Origin: Octopus sinensis
Lineage: Eukaryota
Length of the DNA stretch: 6,986 bases
Reading direction: 5' to 3'
Assembly: GCF_006345805.1 (NCBI RefSeq)
Contig: NW_021829071.1
Span: 1 to 6,986, forward strand
Part shown: positions 6,580 to 6,986 of the stretch, in pieces
Numbering within the stretch: the first letter of the stretch is position 1
Layout of the letters: each line of letters begins with the position of its first letter
The notes under the pieces: model-generated
Database searches by the model: none
Seen by the model: only the letters and a program-made list of their open reading frames with translations
What the model was told of the DNA's origin: nothing
Translations under genes and position numbers: made by a program

Positions 6580-6742
6580 CTTCAGCACGCTGAACGAAAT
6601 GCTCAGCGGTATTTCTTTCCGCTTTTTACGTTCTAAATTCAAATTCAAGGTCGATAAAATAAACAGCAGTTAAGCACTTGGGTCGATGTAACCGACTAAA
6701 CCCTCTCTAAAAATTACAGACCTTGTGCCTGCATTAGAAAGG
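6580..6742 (+). mobile_element. Decayed SINE unit 3 with internal deletion
   Basis: AGCACGCTGAACGAAATGCTCAGCGGTATTTC...TTCAAATTC joins directly to AAGGTCGATAAAAT, so the CCTTTCATCC segment is missing. Its tail CCTTGTGCCT..AGAAAG is homologous to the unit 2 tail. Confidence 0.7.
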
Positions 6743-6986
6743 GAAGTACAGAGTGTTTGTTTTTGCTTTTTGTTTGTTTGATGTTTCTTTATCCTGCGGT
6801 CAGGAGAGAAGGCGTTGCTCAAGAATGTTTTATAAGGACATGCTGACTGGTAGAAAAGAGAGGGAAGTTACCTTCACACAGTAGACCTGCCCCGAATGCT
6901 TATAATGCAGTGAATACTGTTAAAGGGACTTAAAGTTTCAGATGGTAGCGTAAAATCGTCCGATTCAAAGATCCTGAGAAATATAC

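Noticed and set aside
6579-6585. Third CTGAAGA hammerhead core word (minus strand)
   Set aside because: No suitably placed GAAA or stems; it lies at a SINE junction and is expected by chance.
6223-6742. CRISPR-like array of palindromic repeats
   Set aside because: The units are 160-190 bp homologous SINE bodies with no unique spacers, in a eukaryotic context without cas genes.

Overview
AT-rich, microsatellite-dense eukaryotic non-coding DNA, probably an intron or intergenic region. No protein-coding gene is supported: most supplied ORFs are translations of microsatellites or repeats, and the rest have no recognisable domain. The repeats resemble the tRNA-derived SINE families I associate with Octopus or other cephalopod genomes, which is recognition from memory and not a database result. 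The window holds about eight SINE copies or fragments built from shared modules (tRNA-like head, CORE-like hairpin, a Meta/MESC-like central domain, variable tails), a 396-bp non-autonomous Helitron with both termini, and many simple repeats. The most interesting signals are: (1) a type I minimal hammerhead ribozyme candidate at 4398-4484 with all core nucleotides present but damaged stems, of the kind found in Penelope-like elements and retrozymes; (2) a chimeric SINE bounded by a perfect 15-bp target-site duplication; (3) hairpins whose pairing is kept across different SINE copies and families; (4) a 36-bp cluster of E-box, ETS and E2F motifs.
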